A stretch of 60,185 nt of DNA from Guillardia theta CCMP2712 (GCF_000315625.1 NW_005434449.1:3273-63457), one strand, 5' to 3'. Shown: positions 50,384-60,185, counted from the first letter of the stretch. Notes: generated by a model from the sequence alone, not told the origin. A program made the numbers and translations.

Positions 50384-53251
50384 GCGCCGGTTATTCCAGG
50401 CAGCGCCGGTTATTCCAGGCAGCGCCGGTTATTCCAGGCAGCGCCGGTTATTCCAGGCAGCGCCGGTTATTCCAGGCAGCGCCGGTTATTCCAGGCAGCG
50501 CCGGTTATTCCAGGCAGCGCCGGTTATTCCAGGCAGCGCCGGTTATTCCAGGCAGCGCCGGTTATTCCAGGCAGCGCCGGTTATTCCAGGCACCATGGCT
50601 GCACGCGTGGTGTAGGGGAAGCTGCCAGGGCGCCAAGGAAGCTGCAAGCGAGAGGTTTGTATACTTCAAATAGCTTTCTAAGTATGGTTCTTCAGTATGA
50701 TGAAAATGTTCGCAACCTGCTGTATCGGAGATCATGCCAATACACGCAGAGCGGACTTGTGGATGCCTCTGTCCTCGAAGCTGATCTCGTCGAGAGGGTG
50801 AAGAGCTTCGCGAAGCGTTATCCGAACAGCAGGACAGCCCAGGCTTGCAAGGCTGTGGAGGGATGCACCCCCGACGCTATCGCAGAAGCCATCCGCTCGA
50901 CATGTCAGCAGGCACGACGTGAGCTTCTCCAAGAAGCGATGGCTGGATGGAGTGACGCATCCAGAGAGTGGTTTATGCAGCAGATTGAAGAAGCCAAGAA
51001 GGAGAAGGTCGAGACATACACCGCCTCAGCAGGCAACGAGGTGACTTCCTTCATCTCCATGACTCTCCTGGGCATCTCCTCGGTGTATGTCAACCATGAA
51101 GAAAAGCTGAAGAAGAAATTTGAAGAGATCGGACTGATCGTAGACTCAGTGCAAGAGAGTAAAGCAATCATGTGGAAGGCTCCGTATAGACCCGAGATAG
51201 CGAGTGCTGAGGAGATCCCGGTGACTGTTTCCTTCCTCCGCAATGCACAAGCGGAGAAGATAGCGAGTGCTGAGGAGATCCCGGTGACTGTTTCCTTCCT
51301 CCGCAATGCACAAGCGGATGTGAGCATCGTGCACGATCGATCTTTCAAGATTCGAGCCAAGAGAGGACCCTGGGGCAAAGGGGGCAGCTTGGCAGAGCTG
51401 ACTCACCTGTTAACCTTTGGCGGCATGACAACGGCTGAGATAGCTGCCGTCTATCGCTATCAGCTGCTGCGCCAGTCCCTTGCAGCGGTCCAACTCCAGC
51501 CGCTGGCAGGCATGCTGGTCGCTGGGGCGCCAGGACAGCAAGTCCACAAAGGCTTAGGTCAGAAAGGCTTCATCGCTGTAGGGGCCAACGTCATCTGGAG
51601 ACAGAGGGAGGTGGAGTGGATCGTCTCCTCGAGCTGCCCAGAGGCGAATGATACAGCATTTCGAGCTTTCCGAGAGAGCGAAGCGATGGAGGGAGTACAC
51701 CTGACTCTGTTCAGCGAGGACCCGAAGATCAGAGAGGCGCTCGCAGTCGAGTTGACAGCTGATCGCTTTGTGTCCAGAAATAAGTTGAAGAAGGCATCAA
51801 GGATGCAGAAGAAGGCAGGCGGCAAGGACGGCAAGGAGATCAAGATCATCATCAAGTCGACGGCGGCATCTGGTCGCTTCACGAGGAAGGAGATGGAGGG
51901 GCTGTGCAACGGCGGCAACACGTCTATCGCAAGAGTCAAGAGAGTCTTGTTGGAGATCGCTAACAGGCTCGAGATCAACGTTGAAGGCATCGACATGGAG
52001 GAGGATTTGAACACCAAGTCCTGGAACGGGTCCAAGCTATGCATCCTCCTCGGCTCCACGGAGGATGCTCGACGCATGATGAAGGAGCTGCCCTTCTATC
52101 TCGAAGGCGCAGCAACCAAGCTCGAAGCAGTCGGCTTCGACAAGGAGCCTGACTCTGAGGCGGCTGGTCAGCGGGGCACCAGCGACGCAGCGCAGCGACA
52201 GGAGGAGAGCGAGGGAGAGTGGCTGGAGTTTACAGACCTGGAGAGGATCACAATGGAGGCAGCATCTCCGTCAAGCCAAGAGGACATGCAGCTCGTCAGC
52301 GAGCTGTCAGCAGTCATCGAAGATGCAGCTTCTTTGAACGAGGCGGGGACGAGCGAGCCGATCAAGCTGGTCCTGGACAAGGCCGTTGGCAACCTCCACG
52401 ACACCTTCTACTCTCCGGGGAGCCTGGAGTTCATGTCGCTGGGAGAGTGGGCGAAGATGCCAGAGGAGCAGGGAGTTGGGCGCAACGTTCTCAAGGAGAA
52501 GCTGGGGAAGTGGCTGCAGAGCAAGCGCTGGACTCGCGTGCAAGGAGAGAGCAAGAAGGCAAGGAGGGGCAGCGCGTTCTCGCCACGGGCAACGGCAGCT
52601 GCTGAGCTTGAGCAGGAGGCGGAGAGCGACGACATAGAGCGTCGATCTCTTAGCTTCCTGTTCATAGCACTGAGTAAATTCGCAGAGATGCATGTGCTGG
52701 CCTGCTCGCTGAAGGTGGACAAGAAGGACCGACTGCGAGTGGAGATGAGGGAAGATGACGAAGAAGAGGAAGACATGGAGGAAGAGCAAGGCGAGGGCGA
52801 GGAAGAAGACGGGGCGAGCCCGTACCGAGCTTGAGCTGAGCTCAAGGTAAGGAGAGAAGGTAGGAGGCGACCGAAGGCCAAGGTGAGGAGAGGCAACTCT
52901 CCTGACTGAAGCTGAGGAAGCTGAATGGAGGAGGAGTAGGTGGCGACCGAAGGCCAAGGTGAGGAGAGGCAACTCTCCTGACTGAGGCTGAGGAAGCTGA
53001 ATGGAGGTAGAGTAGGTGGTGACCGAAGGCCAAGGTGAGGAGAGGCAACTCTCCTGACTGAGGCTGAGGAAGCCAAGAGAAGACAGCAGAAGTAGAGAGT
53101 AGAAAGACGCCTCAGAAGCAGGGTTCGCATTGTAGGCCGTGTACTCCCAGTGCTCGAGCGCCTCTTTAGACTAGGATCCAATTGCACAAGCCCACAACGA
53201 GGCCGAGCAACATTCTAGCATTCTAATAAACTCACATAATAATAATAATAA
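50384..53251 (+). mobile_element. Telomere-associated element, copy 4
   Basis: 11x 19-nt 5' repeats (50384-50592), ORF with an in-frame duplication-replacement, (TAA)5 tail. Confidence 0.88.
50684..52834 (+). CDS. 716-aa element protein variant (19 aa replaced by a 20-aa local duplication)
   Basis: IASAEEIPVTVSFLRNAQA is repeated in place of LWQGREDFAIDGRKFTAVH. Confidence 0.7.
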   Translation: MVLQYDENVRNLLYRRSCQYTQSGLVDASVLEADLVERVKSFAKRYPNSRTAQACKAVEGCTPDAIAEAIRSTCQQARRELLQEAMAGWSDASREWFMQQIEEAKKEKVETYTASAGNEVTSFISMTLLGISSVYVNHEEKLKKKFEEIGLIVDSVQESKAIMWKAPYRPEIASAEEIPVTVSFLRNAQAEKIASAEEIPVTVSFLRNAQADVSIVHDRSFKIRAKRGPWGKGGSLAELTHLLTFGGMTTAEIAAVYRYQLLRQSLAAVQLQPLAGMLVAGAPGQQVHKGLGQKGFIAVGANVIWRQREVEWIVSSSCPEANDTAFRAFRESEAMEGVHLTLFSEDPKIREALAVELTADRFVSRNKLKKASRMQKKAGGKDGKEIKIIIKSTAASGRFTRKEMEGLCNGGNTSIARVKRVLLEIANRLEINVEGIDMEEDLNTKSWNGSKLCILLGSTEDARRMMKELPFYLEGAATKLEAVGFDKEPDSEAAGQRGTSDAAQRQEESEGEWLEFTDLERITMEAASPSSQEDMQLVSELSAVIEDAASLNEAGTSEPIKLVLDKAVGNLHDTFYSPGSLEFMSLGEWAKMPEEQGVGRNVLKEKLGKWLQSKRWTRVQGESKKARRGSAFSPRATAAAELEQEAESDDIERRSLSFLFIALSKFAEMHVLACSLKVDKKDRLRVEMREDDEEEEDMEEEQGEGEEEDGASPYRA

Positions 53252-53269
53252 TAGGGTTTAGGGTTTAGG
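53252..53269 (+). repeat. Telomeric spacer tract
   Basis: TAGGGTTTAGGGTTTAGG. Confidence 0.95.
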
Positions 53270-56055
53270 AGCGCCGGTTATTTCAGGCAGCGCCGGTTAT
53301 TTCAGGCAGCGCCGGTTATTTCAGGCAGCGCCGGTTATTTCAGGCAGCGCCGGTTATTTCAGGCAGCGCCGGTTATTTCAGGCAGCGCCGGTTATTTCAG
53401 GCACCATGGCTGCACGCGTGGTGTAGGGGAAGCTGCCAGGGCGCCAAGGAAGCTGCAAGCGAGAGGTTTGTATACTTCAAATAGCTTTCTAAGTATGGTT
53501 CTTCAGTATGATGAAAATGTTCGCAACCTGCTGTATCGGAGATCATGCCAATACACGCAGAGCGGACTTGTGGATGCCTCTGTCCTCGAAGCTGATCTCG
53601 TCGAGAGGGTGAAGAGCTTCGCGAAGCGTTATCCGAACAGCAGGACAGCCCAGGCTTGCAAGGCTGTGGAGGGATGCACCCCCGACGCTATCGCAGAAGC
53701 CATCCGCTCGACATGTCAGCAGGCACGACGTGAGCTTCTCCAAGAAGCGATGACTGGATGGAGTGACGCATCCAGAGAGTGGTTTATGCAGCAGATTGAA
53801 GAAGCCAAGAAGGAGAAGGTCGAGACATACACCGCCTCAGCAGGCAACGAGGTGACTTCCTTCATCTCCATGACTCTCCTGGGCATCTTGAAGAAGCCAA
53901 GAAGGAGAAGGTCGAGACATACACCGCCTCAGCAGGCAACGAGGTGACTTACTCAGTGCAAGAGAGTAAAGCAATCATGTGGAAGGCTCCGTATAGACCC
54001 GAGATAGCGAGTGCTGAGGAGATCCCGGTGACTGTTTCCTTCCTCCGCAATGCACAAGCGGAGAAGCTCTGGCAGGGAAGAGAGGACTTCGCGATCGATG
54101 GTCGCAAGTTCACAGCTGTACATGTGAGCATCGTGCACGATCGATCTTTCAAGATTCGAGCCAAGAGAGGACCCTGGGGCAAAGGGGGCAGCTTGGCAGA
54201 GCTGACTCACCTGCTAACCTTGGGCGGCATGACAACGGCTGAGATAGCTGCCGTCTATCGCTATCAGCTGCTGCGCCAGTCCCTTGCAGCGGTCCAACTC
54301 CAGCCGCTGGCAGGCATGCTGGTCGCTGGGGCGCCAGGACAGCAAGTCCACAAAGGCTTAGGTCAGAAAGGCTTCATCGCTGTAGGGGCCAACGTCATCT
54401 GGAGACAGAGGGAGGTGGAGTGGATCGTCTCCTCGAGCTGCCCAGAGGCGAATGATACAGCATTTCGAGCTTTCCGAGAGAGCGAAGCGATGGAGGGAGT
54501 ACACCTGACTCTGTTCAGCGAGGACCCGAAGATCAGAGAGGCGCTCGCAGTCGAGTTGACAGCTGATCGCTTTGTGTCCAGAAATAAGTTGAAGAAGGCA
54601 TCAAGGATGCAGAAGAAGGCAGGCGGCAAGGACGGCAAGGAGATCAAGATCATCATCAAGTCGACGGCGGCATCTGGTCGCTTCACGAGGAAGGAGATGG
54701 AGGGGCTGTGCAACGGCGGCAACACGTCTATCGCAAGAGTCAAGAGAGTCTTGTTGGAGATCGCTAACAGGCTCGAGATCAACGTTGAAGGCATCGACAT
54801 GGAGGAGGATTTGAACACCAAGTCCTGGAACGGGTCCAAGCTATGCATCCTCCTCGGCTCCACGGAGGATGCTCGACGCATGATGAAGGAGCTGCCCTTC
54901 TATCTCGAAGGCGCAGCCACCAAGCTCGAAGCAGTCGGCTTCGACAAGGAGCCTGACTCTGAGGCGGCTGGTCAGCGGGGCACCAGCGACGCAGCGCAGC
55001 GACAGGAGGAGAGCGAGGGAGAGTGGCTGGAGTTTACAGACCTGGAGAGGATCACAATGGAGGCAGCATCTCCGTCAAGCCAAGAGGACATGCAGCTCGT
55101 CAGCGAGCTGTCAGCAGTCATCGAAGATGCAGCTTCTTTGAACGAGGCAGGGACGAGCGAGCCGATCAAGCTGGTCCTGGACAAGGCCGTTGGCAACCTC
55201 CACGACACGTTCTACTCTCCGGGGAGCCTGGAGTTCATGTCGCTGGGAGAGTGGGCGAAGATGCCAGAGGAGCAGGGAGTTGGGCGCAACGTTCTCAAGG
55301 AGAAGCTGGGGAAGTGGCTGCAGAGCAAGCGCTGGACTCGCGTGCAAGGAGAGAGCAAGAAGGCAAGGAGGGGCAGCGCGTTCTCGCCACGGGCAACGGC
55401 AGCTGCTGAGCTTGAGCAGGAGGCGGAGAGCGACGACATAGAGCGTCGATCTCTTAGCCTCCTGTTCATAGCACTGAGTAAATTCGCAGAGATGCATGTG
55501 CTGGCCTGCTCGCTGAAGGTGGACAAGAAGGACCGACTGCGAGTGGAGATGAGGGAAGATGACGAAGAAGAGGAAGACATGGAGGAAGAGCAAGGCGAGG
55601 GCGAGGAAGAAGACGGGGCGAGCCCGTACCGAGCTTGAGCTGAGCTCAAGGTAAGGAGAGAAGGTAGGAGGCGACCGAAAGCCAAGGTGAGGAGAGGCAA
55701 CTCTCCTGACTGAGGCTGAGGAAGCTGAATGGAGGAGGAGTAGGTGGCGACCGAAGGCCAAGGTGAGGAGAGGCAACTCTTCTGACTGAGGCTGAGGAAG
55801 CTGAATGGAGGTAGAGTAGGTGGTGACCGAAGGCCAAGGTGAGGAGAGGCAACTCTCCTGACTGAGGCTGAGGAAGCCAAGAGAAGACAGCAGAAGTACA
55901 GAGTAGAAAGACGCCTCAGAAGCAGGGTTCGCATTGTAGGCCGTGTACTCCCAGTGCTCGAGCGCCTCTTTAGACTAGGATCAAATTGCATAAGCCCACA
56001 ACGAGGCCGAGCAACATTCTAGCATTCTAATAAACTCACATAATAATAATAATAA
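53270..56055 (+). mobile_element. Telomere-associated element, copy 5 (ORF frameshifted)
   Basis: 7x 19-nt 5' repeats (53271-53403), duplication-replacement at ~53889-53950, (TAA)5 tail. Confidence 0.88.
53495..55638 (+). pseudogene. Frameshifted copy of the element ORF
   Basis: Split into ORFs 53468-53947 and 53944-55638. Confidence 0.8.
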
Positions 56056-56121
56056 TAGGGTTTAGGGTTTAGGGTTTAGGGTTTAGGGTTTAGGGTTTAG
56101 GGTTTAGGGTTTAGGGTTTAG
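56056..56121 (+). repeat. Telomeric spacer tract TAGGG(TTTAGGG)8TTTAG
   Basis: Directly visible. Confidence 0.97.
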
Positions 56122-58819
56122 AGGCGCCGTTATTTTCGGCAGCAGGCGCCGTTATTTTCGGCAGCATGGCTCCTCGTCAGGTGTAGGGGAAGCCGCCAGG
56201 GCGCCAAGGAAGCTGCAAGCAAGAGGTTTGTATACTTCAAATAGCTTTCTAAGTATGGTTTTTCAGTATGATGAAAATGTTCGCAACCTGCTGTATCGGA
56301 GATCATGCCAATACACGCAGAGCGGACTTGTGGATGCCTCTGTCCTCGAAGCTGATCTCGTCGAGAGGGTGAAGAGCTTCGCGAAGCGTTATCCGAACAG
56401 CAGGACAGCCCAGGCTTGCAAGGCTGTGGAGGGATGCACCCCCGACGCTATCGCAGAAGCCATCCGCTCGACATGTCAGCAGGCACGACGTGAGCTTCTG
56501 CAAGAAGCGATGACTGGATGGAGTGACGCATCCAGAGAGTGGTTTATGCAGCAGATTGAAGAAGCCAAGAAGGAGAAGGTCGAGACATACACCGCCTCAG
56601 CAGGCAACGAGGTGACTTCCTTCATCTCCATGACTCTCCTGGGCATCTCCTCGGTGTATGTCAACCATGAAGAAAAGTTGAAGAAGAAATTTGAAGAGAT
56701 CGGACTGATCGTAGACTCAGTGCAAGAGAGTAAAGCAATCATGTGGAAGGCTCCGTATAGACCCGAGATAGCGAGTGCTGATGAGATCCCGGTGACTGTT
56801 TCCTTCCTCCGCAATGCACAAGCGGAGAAGCTCTGGCAGGGAAGAGAGGACTTCGCGATCGATGGTCGCAAGTTCACAGCTGTACATGTGAGCATCGTGC
56901 ACGATAGATCTTTCAAGATTCGAGCCAAGAGAGGACCCTGGGGCAAAGGGGGCAGCTTGGCAGAGCTGACTCACCTGCTAACCTTGGGCGGCATGACAAC
57001 GGCTGAGATAGCTGCCGTCTATCGCTATCAGCTGCTGCGCCAGTCCCTTGCAGCGGTCCAACTCCAGCCGCTGGCAGGCATGCTGGTCGCTGGGGCGCCA
57101 GGACAGCAAGTCCACAAAGGCTTAGGTCAGAAAGGCTTCATCGCTGTAGGGGCCAACGTCATCTGGAGACAGAGGGAGGTGGAGTGGATCGTCTCCTCGA
57201 GCTGCCCAGAGGCGAATGATACAGCATTTCGAGCTTTCCGAGAGAGCGAAGCGATGGAGGGAGTACACCTGACTCTGTTCAGCGAGGACCCGAAGATCAG
57301 AGAGGCGCTCGCAGTCGAGTTGACAGCTGATCGCTTTGTGTCCAGAAATAAGTTGAAGAAGGCATCAAGGATGCAGAAGAAGGCAGGCGGCAAGGACGGC
57401 AAGGAGATCAAGATCATCATCAAGTCGACGGCGGCATCTGGTCGCTTCACGAGGAAGGAGATGGAGGGGCTGTGCAACGGCGGCAACACGTCTATCGCAA
57501 GAGTCAAGAGAGTCTTGTTGGAGATCGCTAACAGGCTCGAGATCAACGTTGAAGGCATCGACATGGAGGAGGATTTGAACACCAAGTCCTGGAACGGGTC
57601 CAAGCTATGCATCCTCCTCGGCTCCACGGAGGATGCTCGACGCATGATGAAGGAGCTGCCCTTCTATCTCGAAGGCGCAGCAACCAAGCTCGAAGCAGTC
57701 GGCTTCGACAAGGAGCCTGACTCTGAGGCGGCTGGTCAGCGGGGCACCAGCGACGCAGCGCAGCGACAGGAGGAGAGCGAGGGAGAGTGGCTGGAGTTTA
57801 CAGACCTGGAGAGGATCACAATGGAGGCAGCATCTCCGTCAAGCCAAGAGGACATGCAGCTCGTCAGCGAGCTGTCAGCAGTCATCGAAGATGCAGCTTC
57901 TTTGAACGAGGCGGGGACGAGCGAGCCGATCAAGCTGGTCCTGGACAAGGCTGTTGGCAACCTCCACGACACGTTCTACTCTCCGGGGAGCCTGGAGTTC
58001 ATGTCGCTGGGAGAGTGGGCGAAGATGCCAGAGGAGCAGGGAGTTGGGCGCAACGTTCTCAAGGAGAAGCTGGGGAAGTGGCTGCAGAGCAAGCGCTGGA
58101 CTCGCGTGCAAGGAGAGAGCAAGAAGGCAAGGAGGGGCAGCGCGTTCTCGCCACGGGCAACGGCAGCTGCTGAGCTTGAGCAGGAGGCGGAGAGCGACGA
58201 CATAGAGCGTCGATCTCTTAGCTTCCTGTTCATAGCACTGAGTAAATTCGCAGAGATGCATGTGCTGGCCTGCTCGCTGAAGGTGGACAAGAAGGACCGA
58301 CTGCGGGTGGAGATGAGGGAAGATGGCGAAGAAGAGGAAGACATGGAGGAAGAGCAAGGCGAGGGCGAGGAAGAAGACGGGGCGAGCCCGTACCGAGCTT
58401 GAGCTGAGCTCAAGGTAAGGAGAGAAGGTAGGAGGCGACCGAAGGCCAAGGTGAGGAGAGGCAACTCTCCTGACTGAAGCTGAGGAAGCTGAATGGAGGA
58501 CGAGTAGGTGGCGACCGAAGGCCAAGGTGAGGAGAGGCAACTCTCCTGACTGAGGCTGAGGAAGCTGAATGGAGGTAGAGTAGGTGGCGACCGAAGGCCA
58601 AGGTGAGGAGAGGCAACTCTCCTGACTGAGGCTGAGGAAGCCAAGAGAAGACAGCAGAAGTAGAGAGTAGAAAGACGCCTCAGAAGCAGGGTTCGCATTG
58701 TAGGCCGTGTACTCCCAGTGCTCGAGCGCCTCTTTAGACTAGGATCAAATTGCAAAAGCCCACAACGAGGCCGAGCAACATTCTAGCATTCTAATAAACT
58801 CACATAATAATAATAATAA
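56122..58819 (+). mobile_element. Telomere-associated element, copy 6 (intact)
   Basis: 2x 18-nt 5' repeats, intact ORF, 3' repeats, (TAA)5 tail. Confidence 0.88.
56255..58402 (+). CDS. 715-aa element protein, ORF1/Gag-like with RRM-like segments and acidic tail
   Basis: Uninterrupted ORF. Confidence 0.8.
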   Translation: MVFQYDENVRNLLYRRSCQYTQSGLVDASVLEADLVERVKSFAKRYPNSRTAQACKAVEGCTPDAIAEAIRSTCQQARRELLQEAMTGWSDASREWFMQQIEEAKKEKVETYTASAGNEVTSFISMTLLGISSVYVNHEEKLKKKFEEIGLIVDSVQESKAIMWKAPYRPEIASADEIPVTVSFLRNAQAEKLWQGREDFAIDGRKFTAVHVSIVHDRSFKIRAKRGPWGKGGSLAELTHLLTLGGMTTAEIAAVYRYQLLRQSLAAVQLQPLAGMLVAGAPGQQVHKGLGQKGFIAVGANVIWRQREVEWIVSSSCPEANDTAFRAFRESEAMEGVHLTLFSEDPKIREALAVELTADRFVSRNKLKKASRMQKKAGGKDGKEIKIIIKSTAASGRFTRKEMEGLCNGGNTSIARVKRVLLEIANRLEINVEGIDMEEDLNTKSWNGSKLCILLGSTEDARRMMKELPFYLEGAATKLEAVGFDKEPDSEAAGQRGTSDAAQRQEESEGEWLEFTDLERITMEAASPSSQEDMQLVSELSAVIEDAASLNEAGTSEPIKLVLDKAVGNLHDTFYSPGSLEFMSLGEWAKMPEEQGVGRNVLKEKLGKWLQSKRWTRVQGESKKARRGSAFSPRATAAAELEQEAESDDIERRSLSFLFIALSKFAEMHVLACSLKVDKKDRLRVEMREDGEEEEDMEEEQGEGEEEDGASPYRA

Positions 58820-58886
58820 TAGGGTTTAGGGTTTAGGGTTTAGGGTTTAGGGTTTAGGGTTTAGGGTTTAGGGTTTTTTTTTTTAG
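58820..58886 (+). repeat. Telomeric spacer tract TAGGG(TTTAGGG)7 T11 AG
   Basis: Directly visible. Confidence 0.95.
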
Positions 58887-60185
58887 CCGTTATTTTCGGC
58901 AGCATGGCTCCTCGTCAGGTGTAGGGGAAGCCGCCAGGGCGCCAAGGAAGCTGCAATTCAGGCAGCGCCGGTTATTTCAGGCAGCGCCGGTTATTTCAGG
59001 CAGCGCCGGTTATTTCAGGCAGCGCGGAAGCTGCCAGGGCGCCAAGGAAGCTGCAAGCGAGAGGTTTGTATACTTCAAATAGCTTTCTAAGTATGGTTCT
59101 TCAGTATGATGAAAATGTTCGCAACCTGCTGTATCGGAGATCATGCCAATACACGCAGAGCGGACTTGTGGATGCCTCTGTCCTCGAAGCTGATCTCGTC
59201 GAGAGGGTGAAGAGCTTCGCGAAGCGTTATCCGAACAGCAGGACAGCCCAGGCTTGCAAGGCTGTGGAGGGATGCACCCCCGACGCTATCGCAGAAGCCA
59301 TCCGCTCGACATGTCAGCAGGCACGACGTGAGCTTCTGCAAGAAGCGATGACTGGATGGAGTGACGCATCCAGAGAGTGGTTTATGCAGCAGATTGAAGA
59401 AGCCAAGAAGGAGAAGGTCGAGACATACACCGCCTCAGCAGGCAACGAGGTGACTTCCTTCATCTCCATGACTCTCCTGGGCATCTCCTCGGTGTATGTC
59501 AACCATGAAGAAAAGCTGAAGAAGAAATTCGAAGAGATCGGACTGATCGTAGACTCAGTGCAAGAGAGTAAAGCAATCATGTGGAAGGCTCCGTATAGAC
59601 CCGAGATAGCGAGTGCTGAGGAGATCCCGGTGACTGTTTCCTTCCTCCGCAATGCACAAGCGGAGAAGCTCTGGCAGGGAAGAGAGGACTTCGCGATCGA
59701 TGGTCGCAAGTTCACAGCTGTACATGTGAGCATCGTGCACGATCGATCTTTCAAGATTCGAGCCAAGAGAGGACCCTGGGGCAAAGGGGGCAGCTTGGCA
59801 GAGCTGACTCACCTGCTAACCTTGGGCGGCATGACAACGGCTGAGATAGCTGCCGTCTATCGCTATCAGCTGCTGCGCCAGTCCCTTGCAGCGGTCCAAC
59901 TCCAGCCGCTGGCAGGCATGCTGGTCGCTGGGGCGCCAGGACAGCAAGTCCACAAAGGCTTAGGTCAGAAAGGCTTCATCGCTGTAGGGGCCAACGTCAT
60001 CTGGAGACAGAGGGAGGTGGAGTGGATCGTCTCCTCGAGCTGCCCAGACGCGAATGATACAGCATTTCGAGCTTTCCGAGAGAGCGAAGCGATGGAGGGA
60101 GTACACCTGACTCTGTTCAGCGAGGACCCGAAGATCAGAGAGGCGCTCGCAAGTCGAGTTGACAGCTGATCGCTTTGTGTCCAAG
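58887..60185 (+). mobile_element. Telomere-associated element, copy 7 (chimeric 5' end, cut by window end)
   Basis: An 18-nt-type 5' end is followed by 19-nt-type repeats and a restart of the leader; ORF from 59093. Confidence 0.85.

Noticed and set aside
50384-50592. CRISPR-like array, or a coding N-terminal repeat in the 824-aa ORF
   Set aside because: There are no spacers. The 19-nt period is not a multiple of 3 and copy number varies between units, so the ORF extension is incidental and lacks a real ATG.
43939-60185. Autonomous LINE, Penelope, LTR or DNA transposon; rDNA array
   Set aside because: No RT, endonuclease, integrase or transposase motifs, no LTR/TIR, and no rRNA-like sequence are recognisable.
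60140-60185. Frameshift ending the copy 7 ORF at 60169
   Set aside because: A single extra A within ~35 nt of the sequence end is likely low-quality terminal sequence, like the degraded bases just before the N gap.

Overview
Eukaryotic nuclear DNA, most likely from a cryptophyte-type alga. This is an inference from the 40-55 nt GT-AG introns, signal peptide+F bipartite leaders, an RLRGG leader motif and TTTAGGG telomeric repeats. The window runs into a chromosome end. Bases 1-43.1 kb carry about 11 intron-containing genes: a Q/E-rich protein, a MAP kinase kinase, an HCN/KCNH-like channel, two beta-helix-like proteins, a PHD-finger protein, an MFS transporter, a roughly 3000-aa cysteine-rich membrane protein, a PDZ-TM-carbonic-anhydrase-like protein, a Nudix-fold protein and a PDZ protein, plus a weaker NifU-like call. 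From 43.9 kb to the end is a head-to-tail array of at least 7 near-identical ~2.7 kb elements. Each visible junction is a short (TTTAGGG)n tract; the copy 3/4 junction lies in an N gap. Each element has variable-copy 18-19 nt hairpin repeats at its 5' end, one ~715-aa ORF with RRM-like segments and no recognisable reverse transcriptase or endonuclease, three 76-nt structured 3' repeats, AATAAA, and a (TAA)n tail fused to telomeric repeat. It looks like an ORF1-only telomere-targeted retroelement system (HeT-A-like content, SART-like orientation) and is the main candidate novelty. Exon boundaries were read by eye and are approximate.
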